DNA from: Miltoncostaeaceae bacterium
GTDB lineage: Bacteria > Actinomycetota > Thermoleophilia > Miltoncostaeales > Miltoncostaeaceae
Length of the DNA stretch: 30,534 nucleotides
Assembly (NCBI GenBank): GCA_035553775.1
Contig: DATMJR010000306.1
Span: 1 to 30,534, forward strand
Direction of reading: 5' to 3'
Positions within the stretch are counted from its first letter, which is position 1; the number at the start of each line of letters is the position of its first letter. The position numbers and the translations under genes are program-made. Of this stretch, positions 15,882 to 24,231 are shown piece by piece. The notes under the pieces were generated by a model. That model was not told the origin of the DNA and searched no databases. It saw nothing but the letters and a program-made list of their open reading frames with translations.

Positions 15882-17072
15882 CTAGAGGTTCTCGACCGCC
15901 CGACGGATGCGGTCCAGGCCCTCCTCGAGCAGGTCGTCCGGGCAGGCGTAGGTGAGCCGGATGTGGCCCTCGCCGCGGTCGCCGAAGGCGGTGCCCGCCA
16001 CGACGCCCACCTGGTACTCCTCGATGAGGTAGTCGGCGAACTGCTGGGCGGTCATGCCCGTGCCGCGGATGTCGGGGAACACGTAGAACGACCCGTCCGG
16101 GGTGGGGCACTCGATGCCGTCAATCTTGTTGAGCAGTGCGACGGTCTTGTCGCGCTTGCCCTCGAGGCGCTTGGTCTGCACCTCGACGTGGTCCTGCGGG
16201 CCGGTGATGGCGGCCAGCGCGGCCAGCTGCACGAACGCCGGCACGTTGGTGACCGAGTTCTGCTGGAAGATGTCCATGGCCGTGATCAGCTCCTTGCTGG
16301 CCACGCACCAGCCGATCCGGAACCCGGTCATGATGTAGGTCTTCGAGAAGGTGTCGACCAGGATCGACCGGTCGGCCATGCCGTCGACGGCCGCGATCGT
16401 CTTGTGCTGGGCCGGCGAGTAGACCATGTGGCTGAAGATCTCGTCCGTGAGCACCATCACGTCGTGCTCCTGGCAGATCGCCGCGATCTCCTCGAGCTGC
16501 CCGACGACCATGCCGTTGGGGCGCTGCGGGGAGTTGATGATCAGCATCTTGGTGCGCGGCGTGATCAGGCTGCGCAGGCTGTCCAGGTCGAAGTGGAAGT
16601 CCGGCTCGACCAGGGGCGCGTAGACCACCTGCCCGCCCGCGTAGGTGATCCAGAACTCGTCCGGCGGGTAGCCGGGGTTCGGGAAGATCACCTCGTCGCC
16701 CTGGTCGACGATCGTGAGCAGGGACTGGGTGAGGGCGTGCTTGGCCCCCATCGTCACCAGCACCTCCTCCCGGGTGGTGGGGCGACCACGCTTGGTCGCC
16801 TCCTCGGCGATGGCGTCGCGCAGCTCGGGGAGGCCGGGGCCCGGCACGTAGCGGACGTGGCCCTCGTGGACGGCGCGCGCCGCGGCCTCGTAGATGTGCG
16901 GGGCGGGGTAGAACTCGTCGCCCTGGAAGTCACCCTTCTCGAAGTGGATGACCTTCTTGCCCGTCTCGCGCTCCAGCGCCTCGGCCTTGCGCATCGAGGC
17001 CCACTGCTTGGGCAGCACGAAATGCGAGGTGCGGCTGGACAGACGAAGCGGTGATTTCGCGGCGGTCGCCAT
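15882..17072 (-). CDS. Class I/II PLP-dependent aminotransferase (aspartate aminotransferase-like)
   Basis: Y.PGPGLPELR.AIA, GAKHAL, INSPQRPNG, DEIF, DTFSKTYIMTGFRIGW (PLP Lys), G.FY, GHIRLTYA. ATG 17072 has a GAAGGAG RBS. Confidence 0.93.
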   Translation of the reverse strand: MATAAKSPLRLSSRTSHFVLPKQWASMRKAEALERETGKKVIHFEKGDFQGDEFYPAPHIYEAAARAVHEGHVRYVPGPGLPELRDAIAEEATKRGRPTTREEVLVTMGAKHALTQSLLTIVDQGDEVIFPNPGYPPDEFWITYAGGQVVYAPLVEPDFHFDLDSLRSLITPRTKMLIINSPQRPNGMVVGQLEEIAAICQEHDVMVLTDEIFSHMVYSPAQHKTIAAVDGMADRSILVDTFSKTYIMTGFRIGWCVASKELITAMDIFQQNSVTNVPAFVQLAALAAITGPQDHVEVQTKRLEGKRDKTVALLNKIDGIECPTPDGSFYVFPDIRGTGMTAQQFADYLIEEYQVGVVAGTAFGDRGEGHIRLTYACPDDLLEEGLDRIRRAVENL

Positions 17073-17125
17073 ACGGCGTTCTCCTTCAGGGGTTTCGTTT
17101 CGGACTCGGCCTGTGCGGTGACGGC

Positions 17126-18028
17126 TCACCGCGCCGCGGGACGCGCCAGCGGCAGTGACGGCGCGGTGCGGATCCGCACCGCGCCCGTCGTGGCGTAGGC
17201 CACGGACTGGTGTGCGCCGAGGCGGCGCGACAGGCCGCGCGCGGCGGCCATGACCATCTCGGCCAGCTGGTCCACCCGCTCCGGGGTGACCCGGGTGACC
17301 GGGCCGCCGATGCCCATGGCGGCCACCACCCGACCGGTGTGGTCCCAGACGGGGGCGCCGATGCAGCGCAGCCCCTCGTCGTACTCCTCGTTGTCGATCG
17401 CATACCCCCGCTCACGGATGAGCGCCAGCTCCGAGGCCAACTGCTCGGCGTCGGTGATGGTGTGGGGGGTGTACCCGGCCAGGCCGCGGTCGGCGACGAT
17501 CCGGGTGATCTCCTCCTCGGGCAGGTAGGCGAGCAGCACCTTGCCCAGGTTGGTGGCGTGCACCGGGTAGCCCCGGCCGACCGCCGACGGGATGCGCAGC
17601 GCACGCCGGGCCTCGACGCGCTCGACGTAGATCGCCTCCCCCCCGTCGAGCACGGCCAGGTGGCCGGTCTCCCCGGAGTCCCGCACCAGGCCCTCCAGAA
17701 AGGGCAGGGCCTCGTCCCAAAGGTCCATCCGCTGCATCACCAGCCCGCCCAGCTCGAAGATGCGCAGCCCCAACCGGTAGCGGCCCGATCGCGGGTTGCG
17801 CTCCACCATGCCGGCCGCCTCCAGGTTGACCAGGAAGCGGTGCACGGTGGACTTGTGCAGCCCCAGGCGCTCCGCCAGCTCGCTGACGCGCAGCTCGGGC
17901 TGCTCGGCCGAGAAGGCGTTCAGGATCGCGACGGCCCGCTCGATCGCCTGGATCCGGTAGCGACCGTCCTGGGCGGGACGGTCGTCCTCGGTGCGGATGT
18001 GGGTCAGCTGCTCCATCGTGGGTCTCAC
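17126..18028 (-). CDS. IclR family transcriptional regulator
   Basis: IQAIERAVAIL, ELAERLGLHKSTVHRFL, GRYRLG, ETGHLAV, HATNLGKVLLA, RERGYAIDNEE...GLRCIGAPV. ATG 18016 is an alternative start. Confidence 0.95.
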   Translation of the reverse strand: MRPTMEQLTHIRTEDDRPAQDGRYRIQAIERAVAILNAFSAEQPELRVSELAERLGLHKSTVHRFLVNLEAAGMVERNPRSGRYRLGLRIFELGGLVMQRMDLWDEALPFLEGLVRDSGETGHLAVLDGGEAIYVERVEARRALRIPSAVGRGYPVHATNLGKVLLAYLPEEEITRIVADRGLAGYTPHTITDAEQLASELALIRERGYAIDNEEYDEGLRCIGAPVWDHTGRVVAAMGIGGPVTRVTPERVDQLAEMVMAAARGLSRRLGAHQSVAYATTGAVRIRTAPSLPLARPAAR

Positions 18029-18139
18029 AATGAGAGACGACGTCTCGTAACCGATGAGACGAACTTTTTCTACACACCGTTCTTCCCCGCAGCAAGGAGA
18101 ACGACCCGTATGCCGAACAAGCGTCTCGTAGAGTAAGAC
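18022..18139. promoter_or_regulatory. Array of GTCTC-N7/9-GAGAC palindromes (putative IclR operators) between divergent iclR and cofG
   Basis: GTCTC-ACAATGA-GAGAC (18022-18038), GTCTC-GTAACCGAT-GAGAC (18042-18060) and GTCTC-GTAGAGT-AAGAC (18123-18139). The last overlaps a TAGAGT -10-like hexamer. Confidence 0.55.
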
Positions 18140-18225
18140 ACCAGAACCAGATGTCGTCCTTCGATGACGCCGGTAGACTGACCCGGCCCACGGGACATCG
18201 CGACAGTCGCCACGAGGGGGCGGAA

Positions 18226-19473
18226 GTGGATCACACGGACGAGATCAGGGGGGCCGGGCCCGCGTCCCGACCCGCGGCACCGGCCCTCGACGGGCTGCGT
18301 CCGGCGCTGCGGGAGGCCGTCGAGGCCGCTCTCGACGGCGCCCGGCTCGACCGCCGCCACGCCATGGCGCTGGCCGACGTGCGGGGTGCCGAGCACCCGG
18401 CGGTGTGGGCGGCGGCGGCCGTGCTGCGCGACCGCGGCCGGCCGCGCGAGGTCACCTACTCGCGCAAGGTCTTCGTCCCGCTCACCAACCTCTGCCGCGA
18501 CGCGTGCTCCTACTGCACCTTTGCGCAACACGAGGACTCCCCGCGGGCGCACACCATGAGCCCGGACGAGGTGATGGCGCTGGTGGAGGCCGGCGCCCGG
18601 CGGGGCTGCAAGGAGGTGCTGTTCTGCCTGGGCGACCGCCCCGAGGCGCGCTGGCCGCGCTACCGGGAGGTCCTGCGCCGCTTCGGGCACGAGACCACCC
18701 ACGGCTACCTGGTGGCCATGTGCCGCGAGGTGGTCGAGCAGACCGGCCTGCTGCCCCACCCGAACGCCGGCGTGCTGTCGCGCCGGGAGCTCGCCGAGCT
18801 CAAGGAGGTCTCGGCGAGCCAGGGGCTGATGCTGGAGTCCGTGGCCGAGCGGCTGTGCGCACCGGGCGGTCCCCACGCCGACGCCCCCGACAAGCGCCCG
18901 TCCACGCGCCTGGCGATGATCCGCAAGGCGGGCGAGCTGCAGATCCCGTTCACCAGCGGGATCCTGATCGGCATCGGCGAGACCGCGGCCGAGCGCATCG
19001 AGGCGGTGCTGGCGCTGCGGGACCTGCACGAGACCCACGGGCACCTGCAGGAGGTCATCGTGCAGAACTTCCGCGCCAAGGAGGACACGCCGATGGCCGC
19101 CGCCGGCGAGCCCGGGCTGATCGAGCTGATGACCGCCTGTGCGATCACCCGCCTGATCATGGGCCCGGCGATGAGCATCCAGGCACCGCCCAACCTGTCG
19201 GCCGACTACGGGCCGCTGCTGCTGGCGGGCATCAACGACTGGGGCGGCATCTCCCCCCTCACCCCCGACTTCATCAACCCCGAGGCCCCCTGGCCCAACC
19301 TCGACCGGCTCGCGCAGCTGTGCGCCGAGGCGGGCTACCCGCTGCGCGAGCGGCTGACGATCTACCCGGGCTACGTGGACGACGACGCCTGGGTCGCCCC
19401 CGGGATGCGCGATCCCGTCCGCAGCCTCGCCGACCCCGTCAGCGGGCTCGCCCGCGAGGCGGTGCCCGCGTGA
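18226..19473 (+). CDS. cofG: 7,8-didemethyl-8-hydroxy-5-deazariboflavin (FO) synthase subunit CofG, radical SAM
   Basis: TYSRKVFVPLTNLCRDACSYCTF (CX3CX2C), SQGLMLES, PFTSGILIGIGET, EVIVQNFRAK, IQAPPNL, GINDWGGISP...NPEAPWP. Start is GTG 18226 or ATG 18151. Confidence 0.92.
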   Translation: MDHTDEIRGAGPASRPAAPALDGLRPALREAVEAALDGARLDRRHAMALADVRGAEHPAVWAAAAVLRDRGRPREVTYSRKVFVPLTNLCRDACSYCTFAQHEDSPRAHTMSPDEVMALVEAGARRGCKEVLFCLGDRPEARWPRYREVLRRFGHETTHGYLVAMCREVVEQTGLLPHPNAGVLSRRELAELKEVSASQGLMLESVAERLCAPGGPHADAPDKRPSTRLAMIRKAGELQIPFTSGILIGIGETAAERIEAVLALRDLHETHGHLQEVIVQNFRAKEDTPMAAAGEPGLIELMTACAITRLIMGPAMSIQAPPNLSADYGPLLLAGINDWGGISPLTPDFINPEAPWPNLDRLAQLCAEAGYPLRERLTIYPGYVDDDAWVAPGMRDPVRSLADPVSGLAREAVPA

Positions 19474-21323
19474 CCGTCACCTTCGTGCGCCGTGCCCGCC
19501 CCGGTGCCGACGCGGCCGCCGGACGCCCCGCCGGCCTGACCACGCTCGAGGGCGGCCTGGACGCCGCCGGGGTCGCCGGGGCACTGACCGCGGGCCTGCT
19601 GCCCGTGGACACCTCCGCCGCCTGCACCGCGGCCGCCGCCTGGATCGCCGACCCCGCCCGGGCACTCGCCCTGGGCGAGGAGGGCATCCCCGGCTGGCGG
19701 CTGACCGTGCGCCATGCCGGCAGCCGTGCCGAGGTGCTCGACGCCCTCGCGCGCACGGGGGCCCCCTGGCTGCGCACCACCACCGACCGGGTCGCCGAGG
19801 CCGCCTCGATCACCGATCTGCCCGGCCTCGACGCCGTGGTCTCGGTGGAGGTCGACGACCTCGACGCGGCCGTCGCGGCCGTCCGCGCCGGGGCGCTCGA
19901 CCTGGTGATCGGCGGGTGGTCCGACGACGCGCTCGGCGCCCTCCGCGACGCGCTCGCCCCCGCGCGGGTCGTGGAGCGCACCGCCCTGCCGCTGGGCGTG
20001 GAGATCGACGCCGCGCGCGCGGCGCTGCCCGCCGCTGCCTTCACGGCCTGGTGCCACCTCACCGACGGCGCCGGTGCGGCGCGGCCCCGCTACGTCTGGG
20101 CACCCGGGCGCGACATGGACCCACCGGTGCCGGCACGGCGGCTGTCGGCCGAGTGGGCCGACGCGGCCTGGACCGGCGCGGCCCCCGAGCCGTCGCTGGA
20201 GGACCTCCACCCCACCCTGGCCGGGATCCTCGAGCGATCGCTGGCCGGCACGCCGCCCACCCGCGACGAGGTCGAGGCCCTGTTCCGGGCCCGCGGCGCG
20301 GAGGTCGAGGCGATCGCCGGGGTGGCCGACACGCTGCGCGAGCGGGCCTGCGGCGACGTTGTCACCTACGTGGTCAACCGCAACATCAACTACACCAACC
20401 AGTGCTACTTCCGGTGCGGCTTCTGCGGCTTCTCCCGCGGGCCGAAGTCGGCCGGGTTCCGCGACGAGCCCTACATCCTCGAGACCCACGAGGTGGTGCA
20501 CCGCTCGGTGGAGGCCTGGGAGCGGGGCGCCACCGAGGTGTGCCTGGTGGGCGGCATCCACCCCCGGTTCACCGGCGACTTCTACGCCGGGGTGCTGGAG
20601 GCCATCAAGGCGCGGCTGCCCGAGATGCACGTGCACGGGTTCACGCCGCTGGAGGTCTGGCAGGGGGCCGCCACCCTGGGCGTGAGCGTCGAGCAGTTCC
20701 TGACGCGGATGCGCGACGCGGGCCTCGGCACACTGCCGGGCACGGCTGCCGAGATCCTCGACGACGAGGTCCGCGCATTCCTGTGCCCGGACAAGATCAC
20801 CACCGCCGAGTGGGCGGACGTGATGATCACCGCCCATCGGCTCGGGCTGCGCGCCACCAGCACGATCATGCACGGCCACATCGACCACCCCCGCTCCTGG
20901 GCCAACCACTACGAGGTGCTGCGCCGCATCCAGGAGCGCACGGGCGGCTTCACCGAGTTCGTGCCCCTGCCGTTCGTGCACATGGGCGCACCCATCTACC
21001 TGCAGGGCCTGTCGCGCCCGGGCCCCACCTGGGACGAGGTGGTGCTGATCCACGCCGTCGCCCGCATCGCCTTCGACGGGCTGATCCCCAACATCCAGGC
21101 CAGCTGGGTCAAGCTCGGACTGGGCGGCGGGTCTCGCCTGCTGCAGGCCGGCTGCAACGACCTCGGCGGCACGCTGATGAACGAGAGCATCTCGCGCTCG
21201 TCCGGCGCCTCGCACGGCCAGCTGGCCACCCCCGAGGAGCTGGAGGCGGCCATCCGGCGCATGGGGCGCACGCCCGCGCGGCGCAACACGGTCTACGAGC
21301 GACTGGAGGCGACCGCCTCCTAG
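19470..21323 (+). CDS. cofH: FO synthase subunit CofH (radical SAM) with an about 240-aa N-terminal extension
   Basis: GTG overlaps the cofG stop (GTGA). VTYVVNRNINYTNQCYFRCGFCGFS, LPGTAAEILDDEVR, STIMHGH, TEFVPLPF, NIQASWVKLG, NDLGGTLMNESISR. Confidence 0.9.
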   Translation: MTVTFVRRARPGADAAAGRPAGLTTLEGGLDAAGVAGALTAGLLPVDTSAACTAAAAWIADPARALALGEEGIPGWRLTVRHAGSRAEVLDALARTGAPWLRTTTDRVAEAASITDLPGLDAVVSVEVDDLDAAVAAVRAGALDLVIGGWSDDALGALRDALAPARVVERTALPLGVEIDAARAALPAAAFTAWCHLTDGAGAARPRYVWAPGRDMDPPVPARRLSAEWADAAWTGAAPEPSLEDLHPTLAGILERSLAGTPPTRDEVEALFRARGAEVEAIAGVADTLRERACGDVVTYVVNRNINYTNQCYFRCGFCGFSRGPKSAGFRDEPYILETHEVVHRSVEAWERGATEVCLVGGIHPRFTGDFYAGVLEAIKARLPEMHVHGFTPLEVWQGAATLGVSVEQFLTRMRDAGLGTLPGTAAEILDDEVRAFLCPDKITTAEWADVMITAHRLGLRATSTIMHGHIDHPRSWANHYEVLRRIQERTGGFTEFVPLPFVHMGAPIYLQGLSRPGPTWDEVVLIHAVARIAFDGLIPNIQASWVKLGLGGGSRLLQAGCNDLGGTLMNESISRSSGASHGQLATPEELEAAIRRMGRTPARRNTVYERLEATAS

Positions 21324-21325
21324 GG

Positions 21326-21349
21326 GGGCGCCGGGGCTACCCGGCGCCC
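21326..21349. terminator. Hairpin between convergent cofH and fprA
   Basis: Perfect 10-bp inverted repeat gggcgccggg-gcta-cccggcgccc overlapping the fprA stop. Confidence 0.55.
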
Positions 21350-22758
21350 TGCTGCTTGCGCTCGGCGAGCGCGGCCAGCATCTCCTCGACCTTGCTGAAC
21401 TTGAGCCGCGGGCGCTGGCCCACCTGGCCGCGCTCCTGCTCGAGCATGTCGATCACCTGCCAGTCGTCGTAGGAGACGAAGTCCTGGCGGCGCTCGCGCA
21501 GCAGCCGCTCCAGCACCGCCCGCGGCGGCACGTCGGGCTTGCTCAGCCGGCCGGCCTTGAGGTCGTCCAGCAGCATCTCGACGGTCTCCTGGGAGTCCGG
21601 CTTGTTGGTGCCGATGATCCCCCGCGGCCCGCGCTTGATCCACCCCACCACGTACTCGCCGCGGACCACGTCGCCCGAGATCGGGTCCTGGATGCGTCCG
21701 GCCTCGTTGGGGATCACCCCGTGCAGGGCGTCGAAGGGGATGCCCGGCAGCGGGATGCCCTGGTAGCCGATCGCGCGGAACACCAGGTCGACGGGGATCG
21801 TCTCGGTGTCGTCGGTCACCCGGGCGCGCAGCTGGCCGTCCTCGCCCCGGTAGAGCTCGTTGCGCGCCACCACGAGCGCCTCGACGCGCTCGCTGCCGAG
21901 GATCTCCACGGGTGAGACCAGGAAGCGCAGCACGACCCGGCGCGACGCGCCCGAGAGCGGCCTCGCGGCGTAGCGGTTGAGCACCTCGATGTTGGTGTCG
22001 CGGGTGCGGTCGGGCATCCGCGCGACCTGGTGGGCGCTCAGGGGGTCGAGGGCGGCCTCGTGCGGGTCCACGACCACGTCGCAGTCGCGGATCTCGCCGA
22101 GCTCGCGCAGCTCCTTGGTGGTGAACGCGGCCTGCGCCGGACCGCGCCGGCCGAGCACGATGATCTCGCGGATGCGGCTCTCGGCCAGCGCCGCCAGCGC
22201 GTGCTCGGCGATGTCGGTGGTCGCCAGCTCCTCCGGCGGCGAGGCCAGGATGCGGGCGAGGTCCATGGCCACGTTGCCGTTGCCCACCACCACCGCGCGC
22301 TCGCCCGACAGGTCAAACGACAGCGAGCGGAAGTCGGGGTGGGCGTTGTACCAGCCCACGAACTCGGTGGCCGAGTGGCTGCCGGGCAGGTACTCGCGCG
22401 GGACGCCCATGCGCCGGTCGGTGCGGGCGCCGACCGCGTAGATGATCGCGTGGTAGTAGGCCGACAGGTCCGCGTGGGTGATGTCGCGGCCGAGTTCGAC
22501 GTTGCCGAAGAAGCGGAACTCCGGATGGGCGGCGATCCGGTCGTACACCCGCGTGACCGACTTGATCTTCTGGTGGTCGGGGGCGACGCCGCCGCGCACG
22601 AGGCCGAACGGGGTGGGCAGCCGGTCGTACATGTCGACCTGGACGAACAGGTCGGGCTGGTTCTGCAGGTGCTCGGCGGCGTAGAACCCGGAGGGTCCGG
22701 AGCCGACCACCGCGACGCGCAGCGGCTGCGGGGGGGTCCCGAGCGGGCTGTCGGTCAA
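21337..22758 (-). CDS. fprA: NADPH:ferredoxin reductase, adrenodoxin-reductase type (FprA-like)
   Basis: VAVVGSGPSGFYAA, RLPTPFGLVRGGVAPDH, GNGNVAMDLARIL, GRRGPAQAAFT.KEL, GWIKRGPRGIIGTNK. TTG start with GAGGAGG RBS. Confidence 0.92.
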   Translation of the reverse strand: MTDSPLGTPPQPLRVAVVGSGPSGFYAAEHLQNQPDLFVQVDMYDRLPTPFGLVRGGVAPDHQKIKSVTRVYDRIAAHPEFRFFGNVELGRDITHADLSAYYHAIIYAVGARTDRRMGVPREYLPGSHSATEFVGWYNAHPDFRSLSFDLSGERAVVVGNGNVAMDLARILASPPEELATTDIAEHALAALAESRIREIIVLGRRGPAQAAFTTKELRELGEIRDCDVVVDPHEAALDPLSAHQVARMPDRTRDTNIEVLNRYAARPLSGASRRVVLRFLVSPVEILGSERVEALVVARNELYRGEDGQLRARVTDDTETIPVDLVFRAIGYQGIPLPGIPFDALHGVIPNEAGRIQDPISGDVVRGEYVVGWIKRGPRGIIGTNKPDSQETVEMLLDDLKAGRLSKPDVPPRAVLERLLRERRQDFVSYDDWQVIDMLEQERGQVGQRPRLKFSKVEEMLAALAERKQQGAG

Positions 22759-22822
22759 ACGTCCTCCTCGCGACGGCGGATGAGCCGCGCAGCCTAACCC
22801 GGCCGCCGGTGCCCGGCCCCGC

Positions 22823-23560
22823 TCAGCCCCGGAACAGGTCGTGCGCGGCCGCGCGCACGAGCGCCCCGGCGCCGCCCGGCGACGGCCGGGCGACCAGGCC
22901 GGAGACCACCACGACCGGGGTGCCCCCCGCCTTGGGCATCAGCAGTCCGGAGGCCGCCGCCAGCTCGTCGGCGAGCGCCTGCTCGGTGGCCACCAGCACG
23001 CGGCCCTCCCGGTCGGTCTCCCCGCGCCGGTCGAGCACCGGCTCGATGCCGGCCACGCCGATCGCGATGTTCACCAGGCCGCGGCGGAAGGCCCGGCCGT
23101 GGGTGTCGGTGACCACCACCCCGACCCGCCCGCCGACACGGGCCGCGACGGCCGCCTGCAGGCGGCGCGCCGAGGCGTCCGGGTCGCGCGGCAGCAGGAT
23201 CGCGCACCCCGGGGGGGCGTTGGAGGTGTCGATGCCGGCGTTGGCGCACACGAAGCCGTGATGGGTCTCACAGATCAGGGTGGCGCCGCGGCGGCGCACG
23301 ATCCGGCGGCTCTCGGCCAGGATCAGTGCGCACAGGCCGGGGTCCTTGCCGGTCAGGCCGGCGAGCGCCCGCGCGCGGGCGTCCGGGGCGACCGCCGCGA
23401 GCGCGACCACGCGGCCCTCGGCCTTGGAGACGATCTTGTGGGCCACCACCAGCACGTCGCCCGCCACGACGCCGTCGGCCGCCGCGAGGCCGGCGAGGAG
23501 GCCGGGCAGGTCGTCGCCGGGACGCACCTCGGGCACGCCCGGCAGCGCGCGCAGCCTCAG
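22823..23560 (-). CDS. cofE: Coenzyme F420-0:L-glutamate ligase, stand-alone (no nitroreductase domain)
   Basis: LPG.PEVRPGDDL, VVAHKIVSKAEGR, ETHHGFVCANAGID.SN, LLPRDPDASA, TDTHGRAFRRG, ADELAAAS, P.VVVSG. Likely CTG start at 23560; alternatives are GTG 23608 and TTG 23629. Confidence 0.92.
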   Translation of the reverse strand: MRLRALPGVPEVRPGDDLPGLLAGLAAADGVVAGDVLVVAHKIVSKAEGRVVALAAVAPDARARALAGLTGKDPGLCALILAESRRIVRRRGATLICETHHGFVCANAGIDTSNAPPGCAILLPRDPDASARRLQAAVAARVGGRVGVVVTDTHGRAFRRGLVNIAIGVAGIEPVLDRRGETDREGRVLVATEQALADELAAASGLLMPKAGGTPVVVVSGLVARPSPGGAGALVRAAAHDLFRG

Positions 23561-24231
23561 GGGGCCGTCCCCACGGTCAGCCGGCCCGCCAGGCCGTGAC
23601 GGACGCACACCTCCGTGGTGCGGCACCAACCGTGGGCGCCGGCGGCGATCGGTGCCAGGTCCGCGGGGGTGTCGACGTCCAGGGCGATCCGCGGCAGCGC
23701 CAGCTCGGTCAGCACCAGCCCGCGCTCGCGGGCGAGCGCGGCGTGCTGGGCGCGCGAGTCCGGACCCAACCGGGTCGGCATCGCCTCGGCGGGGTCCAGC
23801 AGCAGGGCGTTGGTGCCCGTGCCGTCGCGCGAGGGCACCAGCACCACGCCGCCCGCCACGGCCGGGGCGGCGGCCACGATCGCGGCCAGGTCCTCCGGGC
23901 GGGTCAGGGGCAGGTCGGCGGTCAGCACCAGCGCCCGCCGGCCCTGGCGGGCGGCGTCGGCGCGCCCGATCGCGACGGCGGCGTTCATCCCCTGGGGTGG
24001 CGCGTGGTCCGGCAGCAGCCGGGCGCCGAAGCCCGCGGCCAGCTGCCCCGCCGCGGGATCCGAGGTCACCACCAGGAGCGCGTCCAGCGCCGCGCAGCCC
24101 CGGCAGGCGTCGAGCAGGTCGGCCAGCATCGCGGCCTGCAGGTCGCGGCGCTCGGCGGGCGCCAGCACCGCCGCGAGCCGGCCGAGCGCGCGGCCGAGGG
24201 GCTTGACCGGGATGACCGCCTGGACGCTCAC
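23557..24231 (-). CDS. cofC: Phosphoenolpyruvate/2-phospho-L-lactate guanylyltransferase CofC/FbiD
   Basis: VIPVK....RL, ML.D.L, VVTSD, GMNAAV, ADLP, DGTGTNAL, LGPDS..H, LDVDTPADL. GTG overlaps the cofD stop. Confidence 0.92.
   Translation of the reverse strand: MSVQAVIPVKPLGRALGRLAAVLAPAERRDLQAAMLADLLDACRGCAALDALLVVTSDPAAGQLAAGFGARLLPDHAPPQGMNAAVAIGRADAARQGRRALVLTADLPLTRPEDLAAIVAAAPAVAGGVVLVPSRDGTGTNALLLDPAEAMPTRLGPDSRAQHAALARERGLVLTELALPRIALDVDTPADLAPIAAGAHGWCRTTEVCVRHGLAGRLTVGTAP

Noticed and set aside
23557-24231. 3PG-F420 variant pathway
   Set aside because: CofC retains Gly in DGTGT and LGPDS, unlike the His/Ser I recall for 3-PG-selective CofC. This needs confirmation by alignment.
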